NCBI GenBank assembly: GCA_051294375.1
Contig: CM119264.1
Coordinates: 29,517,182 to 29,581,181, forward strand
Direction of reading: 5' to 3'
Length of the DNA stretch: 64,000 nt
DNA from: Paraspadella gotoi
Lineage: Eukaryota > Animalia > Chaetognatha
Shown: piece by piece, positions 23,679 to 38,025 of the stretch
Layout of the letters: every line of letters starts with the position of its first letter
How positions within the stretch are numbered: the stretch's first letter is position 1
Notes under the pieces: generated by a model
What the model was told of the DNA's origin: nothing
Databases searched by the model: none
Seen by the model: only the letters and a program-made list of their open reading frames with translations
Program-made: the position numbers and the translations under genes

Positions 23679-25675
23679 TGAATAATTCACCGCCGGCTGG
23701 AAACCTTTAAAGAGTCTCGCCAATCTTCGACTCCGGGAAATCTCTTCGCAAAACCGTCACCTGAGATCCACGAGGTTGGAATGCAGAGACGGCGTAGCAG
23801 ATACGGAAATGCCGTAGCAGAGAAAGGAATGCCGTAGCAGAGACAGAAACGCCGTACCAGAGACCAGAATGCAGTAGCTCAAATAACGATGCCCCACACG
23901 AGATGACGATAGCAAATACTATAGTTCTGAGATTGGAATGCCGTAGCCAGAGACAGAATGCAGTTGCAAATTAGAAATTTCCCTATTTGCTACTGAGAAA
24001 CCGATATAAAGATTTTGTTTGCAGTTCTCGAATGGCCTAAATAAGACTAGGTTGCCTTAACGAAGGCCTGAATGCCGTAGCTGCGTCTAAAATGCCGTAG
24101 AATGGAGCAGTATTTTATCAGCGGAAGTAGTGAACATTACAAATTGGCGAATTGAATGGTAAAATTAAGTCAGCCAGAAAAACGACATTGCTGAAACTGA
24201 AAAATTAGTCAGACCGAGAAAGTCGGAACGAAATGGAGATTGTTTCCGACAATTTCCAGAAGTGTTCGAGAGTGTTAACTGTTAAGAGTGAGACAGAGAC
24301 AGAGATGTTTTCACAGTGAGACAGAGACAGAGATGTTTTCACAGTCTTCACTCCACAATACCCTTATCGGTCGATTGTGGCTTCGTCGTCTCTGCCGTTT
24401 TTAAAACTCGTTCGTTTGTTTAGTTATAACTTGTATTTTTTTAAATTTAGTTTCGCGCGAGAATTTTTATTGGTTTCCTCTCTCGACTTTTGACGATGAT
24501 GACGAAGGAAAAGAGAATTCAAAGTAGGTGACTGATTGGTTGTGTAGCCTTGATTGGTTGTCGTCGATTGGTCCGGGGGGAGGAGAATTGATTGGTGGAG
24601 AAAGACAATTTATTGGTTGGGAAAGAGAATTGATTGTTTGGCTGGAGAATCTTTCGGAAGGGTGATTAGTTTGATTGGGGACAGGAAGGTTGTCGGTGGC
24701 CGGTTGACTGTGGGAATTTCTCCAGTGATTCAGCGGATTTGAGCCAATCGATAGATCCAGTGAAATTTTTCTACGTCCAAAGATGAAGAAAGAGAAAAAG
24801 AAAGATGAGGAAAGAACAAAGATGGCGGTCGTGGTCACGTGATCCCGATATTCCAGATGAATAAGAAAACAAAAGGGAAATTCGAGGTGGAAAAAGATTT
24901 TGGAATAAATTTTTTGGGGGAGAAAAGAAGAGAAAAGAAGAGAGGAAGAGAGAGAAGAGAATTTTATAAGGGGGGGTGGTATTAAAATGAGGTGGGAGAA
25001 TGAAAATACGAAATGTAATATAATATGAAGTAAGATTAAAGAAAGAAAATAAATTGAAAAGCGAAGAAAGGCAAAAAGGAGGAAGGACGAGGTTGTATGA
25101 GGCGGAGGAAAGAAAAGAAGAAAAGGAGGAAAAGAAAAAAGAAAAAGAGGAAAGAAAATTAAAAAGGAGGATAGGAAAGAAGAAAGGGAGAAAAGAAAAT
25201 AAAGAAGGAGGCAAGAAAAGAAAAAAGGAGGATAGGAAAGAAAAAAAGGAAAGAAAAGAAGAAAAGGAGGAAAGGAAAGAAGAAAAGGAGGAAAGTAAAG
25301 AAAAAAAGGAGAAAAGAGAGAGAGAGAGAAAGGTAGAGAGAGAGAGAGGAGCGGAAAAAGGTCAGAGAGGACAGACAGCTTTTATGAGCAATGAGAAAAA
25401 AAAAGGACCAGGAGAGGAAAAGGGGAAGATGAATTAAAGAAAAGAAAAAAAGTTAAAGAAAAAAGAAAGAAAAGAAATAGAAAATAGAAAGAAAAAAGGA
25501 AAGAAAATTGAAATGAAAAAGAAAAAGAAAAAAGAAAAAAGTTAAAGTGAACTGAAAAGGCGAATGCGGAGAAAAGAGGGAGAGATAGGAAAAAAAAGAT
25601 AAAAAAAAAGAAAAATAAGGAAAAAAAGGAAGCGGAGAGTCTGAGAAGGTCAAGGCGAAGATTGGCGAGAGAGAG

Positions 25676-25767
<92 letters not shown>

Positions 25768-26667
25768 AGAGCAAGGCAATTCGCGCGGGGATTAAAGACT
25801 CATGTTTAACGAGAGGGCGTGTTCGTTTTTGAGCCCCGTCGGGGTCCAAAGGGTCAAAAGTTTGACGATGGGCGGATGACGCGAGAGGGCGCGGTCGAGG
25901 TGTCTAATTTAATATAGGGAGTGTTCGACGCCTTTTGTTTTTTTTTTTTTTTTCAAAATGACGACTTGATTTGAATCGACGTCTACAAGGCAATTTAATT
26001 GAAGTAGACTTTTACTGGGGGATTTTATGATAATCCAAGTCTGCAGGGCGATCTGATAGGGAAGGTCCTTTACAGGGCATTCTTGTTGAAATAAACTTCT
26101 ACAGGACGATATGCTTGGAATCCAGTCTAAAGGGCGGTCTGGTTGAAAGAAGACTTTTACAAGGCGAACAGATTACAATTTAAGTCTGCAAGGCAATCTA
26201 ATTGGAATAGACTTTTACAGGGTGATCTGGTGGAAATTCACTTTTATGAGGCAACTTCATTGGAATCCAAGTCTTGAGGGCGATATGATCAGTTCAAAAT
26301 AAACAGGGTGATAAGATTGAAATATATCTGTAGTCGGGCATGGCATAAGTTCACCCCGCACGACTACATATATTTACATGTGAGCCAAAATTAGACTCGT
26401 CGACTTAGTTTTTTCCTTTGCATTAAGCAACAATATTAGAATCCAAAATTGATTATAACACTTTATACATACATATCAAATACATGGCAAAATTTTAATG
26501 GATGAAGCTAGATTTCTACAGGGCCACAGTATTAAAACCGACTTTTACAGGGTGGCAGAAACGAAATACATCACTACGAGGAGACTTGATTAGAACTACT
26601 CTGTGGAGCGAGATTCGATTTCAATGAATTCTTCCATCGCGACGCAAACGTAACAATCTGCAATTTC

Positions 26668-26751
<84 letters not shown>

Positions 26752-29095
26752 GCAAATTCGCGCACGGGTGACGTCACGGCCGTTACGCCTGAGAATCGGT
26801 GATGGAATCACAGAAATTTCGTTGTCGTGACGTCGACGATGAAAAAAAAAGTAAAAGCGATGACGTCGACAGGAACTTTTGGGGTTTGAGTTCGCCGCTT
26901 GTGACGTCACCAGAGATTTCGCTATTTTTTTTTATCATGTAGAGTTTTTTTGTTGTTTTTTTCAAAATAGTATTTCTTATTTCAGATTTTAATGGTCCGG
27001 ATGGTCTGGATATTTGTCTTCATAGATCTAACAATGAATTAATAGTTTTATAACTTGATAACTTGATTTAATAATTATTGCGATCTTTCGGAAGCTTTGA
27101 ATATTTTGTAATAAAGACTGTTTTCTGTTGCTGTTTTTTTTAAGGGGCGGTTTCGTCCTTTTGTGAAAACGCGTTTCAATTTGATTATTTATTAACAGTT
27201 TTGTTTTTTACTCGATATTTTTTAACTGTTGCTGTTTTCTCTTCGTTTTGTTGCTGTCGATGTTGTTTCTTGCAGGCGGATCTGATAATTTAAACGAAAA
27301 TAGTTTTTTTTAACAAAATCTATTTTATTTTTAAATGTATATTTTTATTTTTAGACTTTGCTAATGATTTGAAGAAAAAAAACCGCAAAACCGCGCATCT
27401 AGAAAAAATTGAAAGACAAAAAAAAATGACGAAAGAAATAGAAAGAAAAAAAAGAATAAAGAAAGAAAAAGAAAGAAAGAAAGAGAAAGAAAAAGTGAAG
27501 CGAAAACTTTACGTCATTTTTCATTGGTTTCTCCTCCTCCCTATTTTTATTTTTTTTTGACAGAGAATTTTATTGCCCTTCTCGTCCCCCCCGCGTTAAT
27601 TATTGATTTTTTACGAAGTACAAATAAAAAGATATTCTTATAAATAACTCATATTTGGAATAAATATAAATTGCTAAATGATATTATCCTTTTTTAATAT
27701 ATATTTTTTTAAAAATTTTTCGCTATTAATACCAAAATTATAAATGCATCTTTAAACAAATTATTGATAAAAAATATCTTTAAATAAATTTTTCTATCAT
27801 ATTATTAAAAATTTAAAAAAGAATCAAACCATTTATCTTAGATGGACAGACCAACCAAAAAAGAGGTTTCTCGCGACGCCCTCCAGCGCCCCATTTTTGT
27901 ATGATGTATTCGATCCGTTTTATCCCAACGATAAAACCCTAGAGCCCGAATTGCCTGGCCTGCCTCTGCCATGCCTCCTAGGCATCTCCCCCATGTCTCG
28001 GGATATCCATCATGCCACGCCAGACATTGCCATGCCAAGCCGGCCTTTTCAATGCCATAGCGGGCCACGCCTTGCCAGGCGGGCCCCCGCCAATCCTTTC
28101 TAGCCTCCGCCATGAATCCCCTACCATGCCTCTCCACCCTCCGCCATGCCTCCTCTACCCCTGCAATGCCTCTCCGGCCCTCGCCATATCTTTCCGGCCC
28201 CCGCCATGCCGCCCCGACTCCCGAGAACCCTTTTAATTTACGAGGCTGGTTTTTCTCTGCAGCGGTTGGTGCCCTCTCTCTTGTCTCTATCTCTCGTTTT
28301 TATTTCGTTTCGTGTTGTTTTTTTGTTTTTTGTTTTTTTTTTGTTTTTTTTTTTTTTTTTTTTTCTTTTGTTTTTTATTGCCTCCTTATCGCGTAATTTG
28401 TGAGAATTCCTAAAAGAATTGATGCAAAAGAAAAAAGAAAATAAGTCGTTCAACTCGGATGTAACCAGAGATAGCTTCAAGTCATTGATCCTTGTTCCGT
28501 AACGTTAGGGATATAATTCATCCTAGATTGCGGGGCTGTAAACGTTTTCCCTACGCAATTTTGACCCTTGAGTGGCTCAAAAATCTGGTTTGGTATTCCA
28601 TCCGTTTTCCTGTTTTGAAAAATTCTTATGATGGATGGGATTACTGATTTTTTTTGGGAGGAAGGGATTATACTAGTGTAAAATAGAATATGCAATATTA
28701 AGTCTTTTCTCGACGAATTCTAAAGGGAGTCCTGGTAAATTGAGACCGTTTAAAAATGTTTAATCATTTCATATTTAATCATTTCATAGCCTAGCTATCA
28801 CTGGTTTTATTACTAAAGGAATAAAAACAAATGTATATATTGGTTGTACCAATGATAAGAATATGATAGTTCATTAAAGACATAAACTTTCTCTGGATCA
28901 ATTTTTGTTTTGTGTTTTCTGTTTTGTGTTATGTTTCCCCAGAGAAAATGAGGCTTTCCCCCTTCCTCCTACTTTTCCCGCTTCTTAAGGCGAAGACTTA
29001 ATTGTTTTCCCCTTCAATTTTTTTACGGCCCCATTATCCGTCGCAAAAGGATATTAACGCGTCAACTTTCCTGGAAACATTGTTATGTTAGTTGA

Positions 29096-29267
29096 TAAGG
29101 CGCTAAGAGGACTGAAGTCTACTCTCCGAATCCTCCGAGCCTCCACGGCAGCAATGGAACGGGCGCAAGGCTTGGAACCGGGCTGAAGGGTTTTCCACGC
29201 AATGGAATTACTCAATCAACCACCGGGTCATGATTGCAGGCGGGGTGATCTTATTGCAAGGTCATTA
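29096..29267 (+). mobile_element. 5'-truncated non-LTR retrotransposon 3' end (family C)
   Basis: TSD TTAGTTGA at 29088-29095 and 29268-29275; homologous to 42127-42399 at peptide and 3' UTR level. Confidence 0.65.
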
Positions 29268-30487
29268 TTAGTTGACGAGTAAAGTTATATTTCAGAATAT
29301 TTATAGATCTAATTCGACTAATTCGATTCATAGGCCTAATTCGACTTGAGAAAATCTTTTGGTTGTTTACTATTTCCGTTTTAATTTTTAGTTGTTATTT
29401 CACAATATTCTTTAGTTTGGTTTTTAAAAAGAGAACTTTTTTTAATCAAACATTTTTTTGTTTAAATGCGTGTCTTTGTACTTAGTAATATTCCAACATT
29501 TTTTGCCTCAAAGCCTAAGATCGATAATTTTTTCGAATTATCTTGTTCGACAACCGGCCGACACTTTTTGTAAATCTTATGTGATTACCATTGCTTACCT
29601 TTGATTGTCTTTGCTTTACATATTTTGGCGATGGAACAAAATGGGAGGTCTATGGTTTCCAATTTTATCTCGATTGGCGATGATCGCTGATGGCGACTCC
29701 ATTTGAGTAGTTTTCTTGGCGCTTATTTTTGATGGTCGCAAAAATAAAGAGTGACCTTTTATTTTGATCTGAGTTGTGAGAGAGGAAGAAGCTTAGAAGT
29801 TTATCAATGTTAAGTACAATTCATCTATTTAAAAACCGTCATATTATGTAGTTAAATACATATTTCAGTGTCTTAGTCAACAAGGTCAATACAAATTTAA
29901 AGTAATAAAAAACCGGATTCAAATGTCAAATTGAAACTGGCGCGGAGGTCATAATTTATCAGGAAAAATTAAATAAAATAATTAAAAGCATTAAGTTAAA
30001 TTAAATTAAAAGCATCCATCTGTCCATTTTTATGTCAATCTCTTTGTCCTTTTAATCTAGGAATTCGTTACGCGAAGAAAAAAGATTTCACCCAAAAATA
30101 AAAGATGAGAAAGAAAACGTGAATCTTCACGCGAGGGAATCTCACGTGGAGGAGGAAGAGGAGGAGGAGGAGGAGGAGGAGGAAGAGCAAGCTACGAGGA
30201 GGTAAAGAGACATCGAAGTTACTGGAACACGCCACTAAATGAGGCCTTGGGTGAGAAAGAAAAAAAAATATTCAATCAAAACTCGATTTTCCGTTTTTAA
30301 AATTCAATTCGAGATTCCGCGAGATTGAAAGTGAAGGTAAAGGGTTTTAAAGGTAAAACATTCGGCACATAGATATGCAGACATCTATACACGTGTATAA
30401 TATAGACAATTAGACATGGTAGACATTATTTTAAAAAATAGAGCCAGTTTGAATTAGTTTCAACAACGATTTTATTATTAGTATCGG

Positions 30488-30522
30488 GACAAGTTACGAC
30501 TTTTATTTCAAGTCTTCGTCAG
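30488..30522 (-). ncRNA. Degenerate Penelope-type hammerhead remnant
   Basis: CTGACGA-A-GACTT...AAGTC-GTAA-CTTG-TC followed by AAAATCGTTGTT, the same tail as the 18.6 kb copy. The GAAA box is mutated. Confidence 0.6.
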
Positions 30523-30929
30523 CACTTGGAAATAAACAATATTTTTCACATTTTAAGAAATGTGTGAGAGAGAGAGAGAAAAAGACAGGTAAATTTTTTT
30601 GTTAGAAAGATTTATAAAGCGTTATATTTTACCGTTCGTAATCACGGTGCTACGCTGATGCTACGCTGATGCTTCTTGAAATTTGGAATCTATCACTGGT
30701 TTTTGGTTTGTTTTTTTCAATTCGATGGCTGAACTTTTTTTTCTTTTTGGTTTTGTTTTGTTTCAAAAAATGGAACCGAAATTCCGTTTCTAGAAAATCT
30801 CTACGAAGAGAAGGAGGGAGAGAGAGAGAGAGAGATGAAGAGAGAGAGAGAGAGAGAGAGAAGACATTCCCTTTAAGCTCGTCGTCTTCCCCTCGGCGTC
30901 TACCCAAGATAGAGAGAGAGAGAAGAGAG

Positions 30930-30973
<44 letters not shown>

Positions 30974-32795
30974 ATTAAATAGTGAAAAAAGCATCACGGC
31001 TGATGACGTAATTACAAAGCACGAGGTCAAAAGGGGAAAGAAGGGAGAAGGTAATGGGAGGAAAAAAGAAGAGGAAATAGAAAGAAAAAGAGGGAAAGAA
31101 AAGGAGGAAATACAAAGAAAAAAGGAGGAAAGTACAGAAGGAAATAGAAAGAAAAGGGAGGAAAGAGGAGGAGGAAATAGAAAGAAAAGGGAGGAAAGAA
31201 GAGGAGGAAATAGAAATAAAAAGGAGGAAAGAGTAGGAGAAATAGAAAGAAAAAGGAGGAAAGAAGAGGAGGAAATATAAAGAAGAAAGGAGAAAAGACG
31301 ATGAGGAAAAAGAAAGAAAAGGGAGGAAAGAAGAGGAGGAAATAGAAAGAAAAGGAAGGAAAGAAGAGGAGGAAAAGAATGAGTTAAAATGGAGTTTTTT
31401 ATCTCAAGAGTGACTGAGTAAAAGAAAATTAATATGAATATGAATAGAAATACTGCATGTTTATATGGATATGCATCATCTGGAAGCGTGACCACTTAGA
31501 TATATTTTAATTATTATTTTTTTATCCTCCTTTTACCCATTTTGTGGACATGATTTTTGTATATTTTATTTTTAAATTGGACTGAAATTTTTATTACTTT
31601 TCAAACCTAATGCATTAAAATCTTTGCAGTAAAAATCATGGAGTGAGAAGAGAATCTCAAGGTGAATGTTTTCGTCGTCGTCGTTGTCGTCGNNNNNNNN
31701 NNNNNNNNNNNNNNNNNNNNNNNNNNNNNNNNNNNNNNNNNNNNNNNNNNNNNNNNNNNNNNNNNNNNNNNNNNNNNNNNNNNNNNNNNNNNNNNNNNNN
31801 NNNNNNNNNNNNNNNNNNNNNNNNNNNNNNNNNNNNNNNNNNNNNNNNNNNNNNNNNNNNNNNNNNNNNNNNNNNNNTTAACGCTAGGCTTAACCAAAGG
31901 TGAAATGGCCGACGGTGTCGGGTCAAGGTTGGGGTCATCGAGGTCAAACTGGCCGACAAATCTTGGAGAAGGTTTGAACGAAAAGCCGACAACACGTGAA
32001 GGCGCTTGTGAAGGTCGTCGTCGATGGCGTCGTCCTCGTCGTCGTCGTTGTTGTCNNNNNNNNNNNNNNNNNNNNNNNNNNNNNNNNNNNNNNNNNNNNN
32101 NNNNNNNNNNNNNNNNNNNNNNNNNNNNNNNNNNNNNNNNNNNNNNNNNNNNNNNNNNNNNNNNNNNNNNNNNNNNNNNNNNNNNNNNNNNNNNNNNNNN
32201 NNNNNNNNNNNNNNNNNNNNNNNNNNNNNNNNNNNNNNNNNNNNNNNNNNNNNNNNNNNNNNNNNNNNNNNNNNNNNNNNNNNNNNNNNNNNNNNNNNNN
32301 NNNNNNNNNNNNNNNNNNNNNNNNNNNNNNNNNNNNNNNNNNNNNNNNNNNNNNNNNNNNNNNNNNNNNNNNNNNNNNNNNNNNNNNNNNNNNNNNNNNN
32401 NNNNNNNNNNNNNNNNNNNNNNNNNNNNNNNNNNNNNNNNNNNNNNNNNNNNNNNNNNNNNNNNNNNNNNNNNNNNNNNNNNNNNNNNNNNNNNNNNNNN
32501 NNNNNNNNNNNNNNNNNNNNNNNNNNNNNNNNNNNNNNNNNNNNNNNNNNNNNNNNNNNNNNNNNNNNNNNNNNNNNNNNNNNNNNNNNNNNNNNNNNNN
32601 NNNNNNNNNNNNNNNNNNNNNNNNNNNNNNNNNNNNNNNNNNNNNNNNNNNNNNNNNNNNNNNNNNNNNNNNNNNNNNNNNNNNNNNNNNNNNNNNNNNN
32701 NNNNNNNNNNNNNNNNNNNNNNNNNNNNNNNNNNNNNNNNNNNNNNNNNNNNNNNNNNNNNNNNNNNNNNNNNNNNNNNNNNNNNNNNNNNNNNN

Positions 32796-32831
<36 letters not shown>

Positions 32832-34870
32832 ACATTCCAGACATTAATTCTTGTCGTTATTTTTGTCGTCATAAGAATTGCGTTATCGGGTATTTTGTCA
32901 TCGAAATTGTCTTGTCGGCTTTTATATTCCATTCTCTCCTTTGTCACTATTGGACGACACTTTGTCACTAGCGTTTCCTCGATTTCTTTCACATTTGACT
33001 CATTTGTTTTGCTTGTGTGATATTTGCCTTTGTTATTTTCATCCACATTCTCTTAATCTTCATTTCGCCTTCGTGACTTCATCTCTGTATTTTCTTCGTC
33101 ACTTTGCTTCGCCCTAATTTTCTCATTTATCTTCGCACTTTTTTCATAGTCGTCGTCGTCGTCGTCGTCGTCATCGTCGTCATTATCGTCGTCGTCGTCG
33201 TCGTCGTCGAGGGTGGGGTTTATCTTCCTCCTCATTCTTGTCGTCACTGCATTTTTTTTTTCGGCAATCTTGGGCGTTGCTGCTTAGAAGGGCTTTCTCG
33301 TCGTTGTCGTTGTCGTCGTTGTTCCAGTCTTGTAATATTAGTTAAAATAGTTTTCGTTGACGTCTTCTTCCTCATCCTCTTCGGCGTCGTCGTCGTCGTC
33401 TTCATCGTCATCTTCGTCGTCGTCGTCGTCGTCGTCGTCCTCTTTGTCATCGTCGTCTTCTTCGTCTTCCTATTTTTTCGTCGCTTCCTTCGTAGTTATC
33501 GTCGTCGTCGACTTCATCGTCATCTTCGTCGTCACCGTTGTCATCGTCGTCGTCGGCGTCATCGTCGTTAGCAAACAAACCAAGATTTAAAGATGGCGGA
33601 GATTGTTGACTTGGGTTCAGCTCCCTCTTTCGTCGCGAATCGAGAGACAGAGATACATTTATCCTCTTCTATTTAAAAGAGATGGTTGCTCTCGCAGGAA
33701 CAAGAGGTCGGAGAAAACCTGAACAGACGGACGGACAGAAGGACGCAGGATTGGAAAGACCGATAGACTGACTGCGAAATATTTTGATGTTTCACGTGCG
33801 CAGAGTCACGCCTTCGAGACGTCGCTCGTTCCGTGTAATTTGACGAGAGAGATTTAAAGTTGAATTTTCAGCTGAATCACGAGGCCAATTGTGAAGGAAA
33901 AGTCGTGAATCAATTTCTAAGGCTTTTTTTTTAGTAAAATGTCCACAAGCGAATCGTTTCTTTGCTGAGTCTAAATAAGAATTAAAAAATAGTCTCGTAT
34001 CTCTCCAAATAATAATAAAATACAAAATAATAGCAAAATAAGAAAAAAAATACTGACGGGACACAAAAAGACCGGTCAAACTGAATCATAAAGAATTTAG
34101 ACGAATCTGGTTAAATTAAAAACGTGAGAGAGAGAGAGAGAGAGAGAGAGAGNNNNNNNNNNNNNNNNNNNNNNNNNNNNNNNNNNNNNNNNNNNNNNNN
34201 NNNNNNNNNNNNNNNNNNNNNNNNNNNNNNNNNNNNNNNNNNNNNNNNNNNNNNNNNNNNNNNNNNNNNNNNNNNNNNNNNNNNNNNNNNNNNNNNNNNN
34301 NNNNNNNNNNNNNNNNNNNNNNNNNNNNNNNNNNNNNNNNNNNNNNNNNNNNNNNNNNNNNNNNNNNNNNNNNNNNNNNNNNNNNNNNNNNNNNNNNNNN
34401 NNNNNNNNNNNNNNNNNNNNNNNNNNNNNNNNNNNNNNNNNNNNNNNNNNNNNNNNNNNNNNNNNNNNNNNNNNNNNNNNNNNNNNNNNNNNNNNNNNNN
34501 NNNNNNNNNNNNNNNNNNNNNNNNNNNNNNNNNNNNNNNNNNNNNNNNNNNNNNNNNNNNNNNNNNNNNNNNNNNNNNNNNNNNNNNNNNNNNNNNNNNN
34601 NNNNNNNNNNNNNNNNNNNNNNNNNNNNNNNNNNNNNNNNNNNNNNNNNNNNNNNNNNNNNNNNNNNNNNNNNNNNNNNNNNNNNNNNNNNNNNNNNNNN
34701 NNNNNNNNNNNNNNNNNNNNNNNNNNNNNNNNNNNNNNNNNNNNNNNNNNNNNNNNNNNNNNNNNNNNNNNNNNNNNNNNNNNNNNNNNNNNNNNNNNNN
34801 NNNNNNNNNNNNNNNNNNNNNNNNNNNNNNNNNNNNNNNNNNNNNNNNNNNNNNNNNNNNNNNNNNNNNN

Positions 34871-36430
34871 ACGCCATCTCTATTTTTTTTTATCGGAAAT
34901 CGATTCTTTCGATTTCGAATTCTCGAGAAAAGTCGACGGCGTCATTCAACCCCCCCCCCTCAAAGTATTGTACCGTAACTGCCCAATGGAATATTTCACT
35001 TTTAACTTATTACGATATTTATCTAATACAAAATTCAGCCAATTTCTGACAACATTCAGCCAATACAACATTCAGCCAATACAACATTNNNNNNNNNNNN
35101 NNNNNNNNNNNNNNNNNNNNNNNNNNNNNNNNNNNNNNNNNNNNNNNNNNNNNNNNNNNNNNNNNNNNNNNNNNNNNNNNNNNNNNNNNNNNNNNNNNNN
35201 NNNNNNNNNNNNNNNNNNNNNNNNNNNNNNNNNNNNNNNNNNNNNNNNNNNNNNNNNNNNNNNNNNNNNNNNNNNNNNNNNNNNNNNNNNNNNNNNNNNN
35301 NNNNNNNNNNNNNNNNNNNNNNNNNNNNNNNNNNNNNNNNNNNNNNNNNNNNNNNNNNNNNNNNNNNNNNNNNNNNNNNNNNNNNNNNNNACATTCAGCC
35401 AATACAACATTCAGCCAATACAACATTCAGTCACCTTCCGACGACATTCAGCCGCCAAGGACGAAATAAATTGAATGTAATGAATCAAGTGCAACGACGA
35501 TAATGAAGACGCGAGTGGAATGAAACTCTCTCTCTCTNNNNNNNNNNNNNNNNNNNNNNNNNAGTGGGGGGAGGAAGGAAAGGGAGAGGAAGGCAGGCGA
35601 AAGGGGGAGGGTAGGAAGGGCGAGGAGTGGGGGAAAGGAAAGGGAGGAGGAAAGAAGGAAGGGGTGAAGGAAAGAAGGGAGAGAAAGGGGAGGGAGGAAA
35701 AAGGGAGAGAAAGGGGCGGAAGGAAGGAAGAGACGGAGGGAGGAAAGGGAAGAGGAGAGGGATGGGAGGGAGAAGGGGAGGAAAGGGGAAAGAAAGGGGG
35801 CAGGGAGGAAAGGGAGAGGAGGGAGGGGAGGGAGGAAAGGGGGAGGGAGAAAAAGAAGGAAGGGTGAAGGGAGGAAAGGGACAGGGAAAGAAGAAAAGGG
35901 AGGAAGGTGAGGAAAAATTTTGAGGAGGCAGAAAAAACGGAAACGGGAAATGTAGGGAAGAGAGGAATATTAAGAAAGGAGAGAGAAAGTAAGCAAAGAG
36001 CGAAGGGAGAAGAAGAGAAAGTATAACTAAGATTAGAAATTACGAAAAAGTAAAAAGGTGAGTTTGATTTAAACAAAAAGAGGGAAAAACAAAGAAGTAC
36101 GTCTAATGGGTTTTTTTTTCTATTAATCGTGGGATGAGCGAACGGGGAACAAAGAAGAAAGTTAGCAAACGAAATAAGGTGAATGATGTCTAAAGTTAAA
36201 GTTTGGCGATAGAGGGTGTGAGAGGCGAGAGAGAGAGAGAGAGAGAGAGAGTAGAGAGAGAGAGAGAAGAAGAGAGAGAGAGAGGAGGAGAGAGTGAATT
36301 GACAAAACAAGGACAAGAGGGGCATAATGGAAACGAGGCAACCTCAATGACTCGAGACAACTCTAGGCGCTCGAAAGAAATGAACATTTTCAAACATCTG
36401 GATGACGAGAGAGAGGAGAGAGAGGAGGAG

Positions 36431-36474
<44 letters not shown>

Positions 36475-37135
36475 TTCATTTCCACTCGCGTCTTCATTAT
36501 CGTCGTTGCACTTGATTCATAACATTATTTATTTCGTCCTTGGCGCTGAATGTCGTCGGAAGTGACTGCATGTTGTTTAGGCTGCAGAGAATGATGTATT
36601 AGCTGAATGTATGTAATTGGGCTGATGTTATTGGCTGAATGTTTATTGGCTGAATGTTGTTATTGGCTGAATGTTTGTTTGGCTGAATAAAGTTGTATTA
36701 AGGCTGAATGTTGATTGGCAGATGCTTAGTATTGGTGCATGTTGTATTGCTGAATGTTGTATTGGCCTGAATGTTGTATCGGCTGAATGTTGTATTGGCT
36801 GATTTGTATTGGCTGAATGATTGTATTGGCTGAATGTTGTATGGCCTTGAATGTAACTGTAAAATTGGCTGAATGTATTAATATGGCTGAAATGTTGTAT
36901 TGGCTGAATGTTGTATTGGCTGAATCGTTTATTGGCTGAAATGTTGTATTGGGCTTGAATGTTTGTCAGAATTGGCTGATTTGTATTAGAATAAATACGA
37001 ATAAGTTTAACAGTGAAATATTCATTGGGCGTCTTACGGTACAAACTTTGAGGGGGGGGGTATGAATGCGCCGTCGACTTTTACTCGGATCGAAATCGAA
37101 GAATCGATTTCCGATAAAACAAATAGAGATGGCGT
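34871..37135. repeat. 16-bp satellite (acattcagccaataca)n and flanks, present as an inverted pair (34871-35537 versus about 36450-37135)
   Basis: Reverse-complement match around the 25-N gap 35538-35562; the second copy is indel-rich. Confidence 0.8.
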
Positions 37136-37262
37136 CTATTATGTTGTATTTCATTCTCGCGGTTGTAAGATAAATTTCTTTCATTGACCATCGACATACT
37201 CAATATGAGCCAGTTTTGTAGAAGAAGAGAGAGAGGGAGAAGCAAAGAGAAGAGATGAGAGA

Positions 37263-37294
<32 letters not shown>

Positions 37295-37896
37295 CGAGAT
37301 GAAGAAGAGAGAGAGAGAAAGGTGAGCGCTGGACTTAACCTCATTCTCTTCCTCTTCGTCTCGTATATCTTCGTCGTATCCTTGAAGACGTCGGCGCGAA
37401 GTCTTTAGCGTCGCTCTCAATCATCTCCTCTCTTCTCCTCTCTCTCTCTCTCTCTCTCTCTCATCTCTCTCCTTCATCTCTCCTCTCTCTCTATACGTCT
37501 CTCATCTTCTCCTCTCCTCTCTCAGCTTCCCCTCATCCCCTTTTCACTAATTTCTCTCGTGAGTCTTTTGTTTCGAATTTTCTTCCGTTCGGAAAAGTCG
37601 ACGCAATCAATTCGCAAGGAACGAGTAGAAGAGAAAAATGGGCTGAAATGTCTTTTTTTTAAATATTTACATTTTATTCGCACTTGTCTCGGTTATTGTA
37701 GTTGTAATTGTAACTTGTAAAGTAATTATTTAATGTCCTACTTTGGTTCGTCCTTTACCATTTTACGCCCATTAAAATTGAAAAAAAAAATTACAACTTC
37801 ATGTATTTAAAAAAAAAGTTATATTATGAAAAGGTCGAATTTATTTAAATGGTTTCATTTCAGTTCAATACTACTTCTTTGTTCCTTCCTTTCCTT

Positions 37897-38025
<129 letters not shown>

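Noticed and set aside
31607-33590. Long acidic or low-complexity ORFs
   Set aside because: They consist of (GAC)n microsatellite and N runs, with stops between segments and no recognisable domain.
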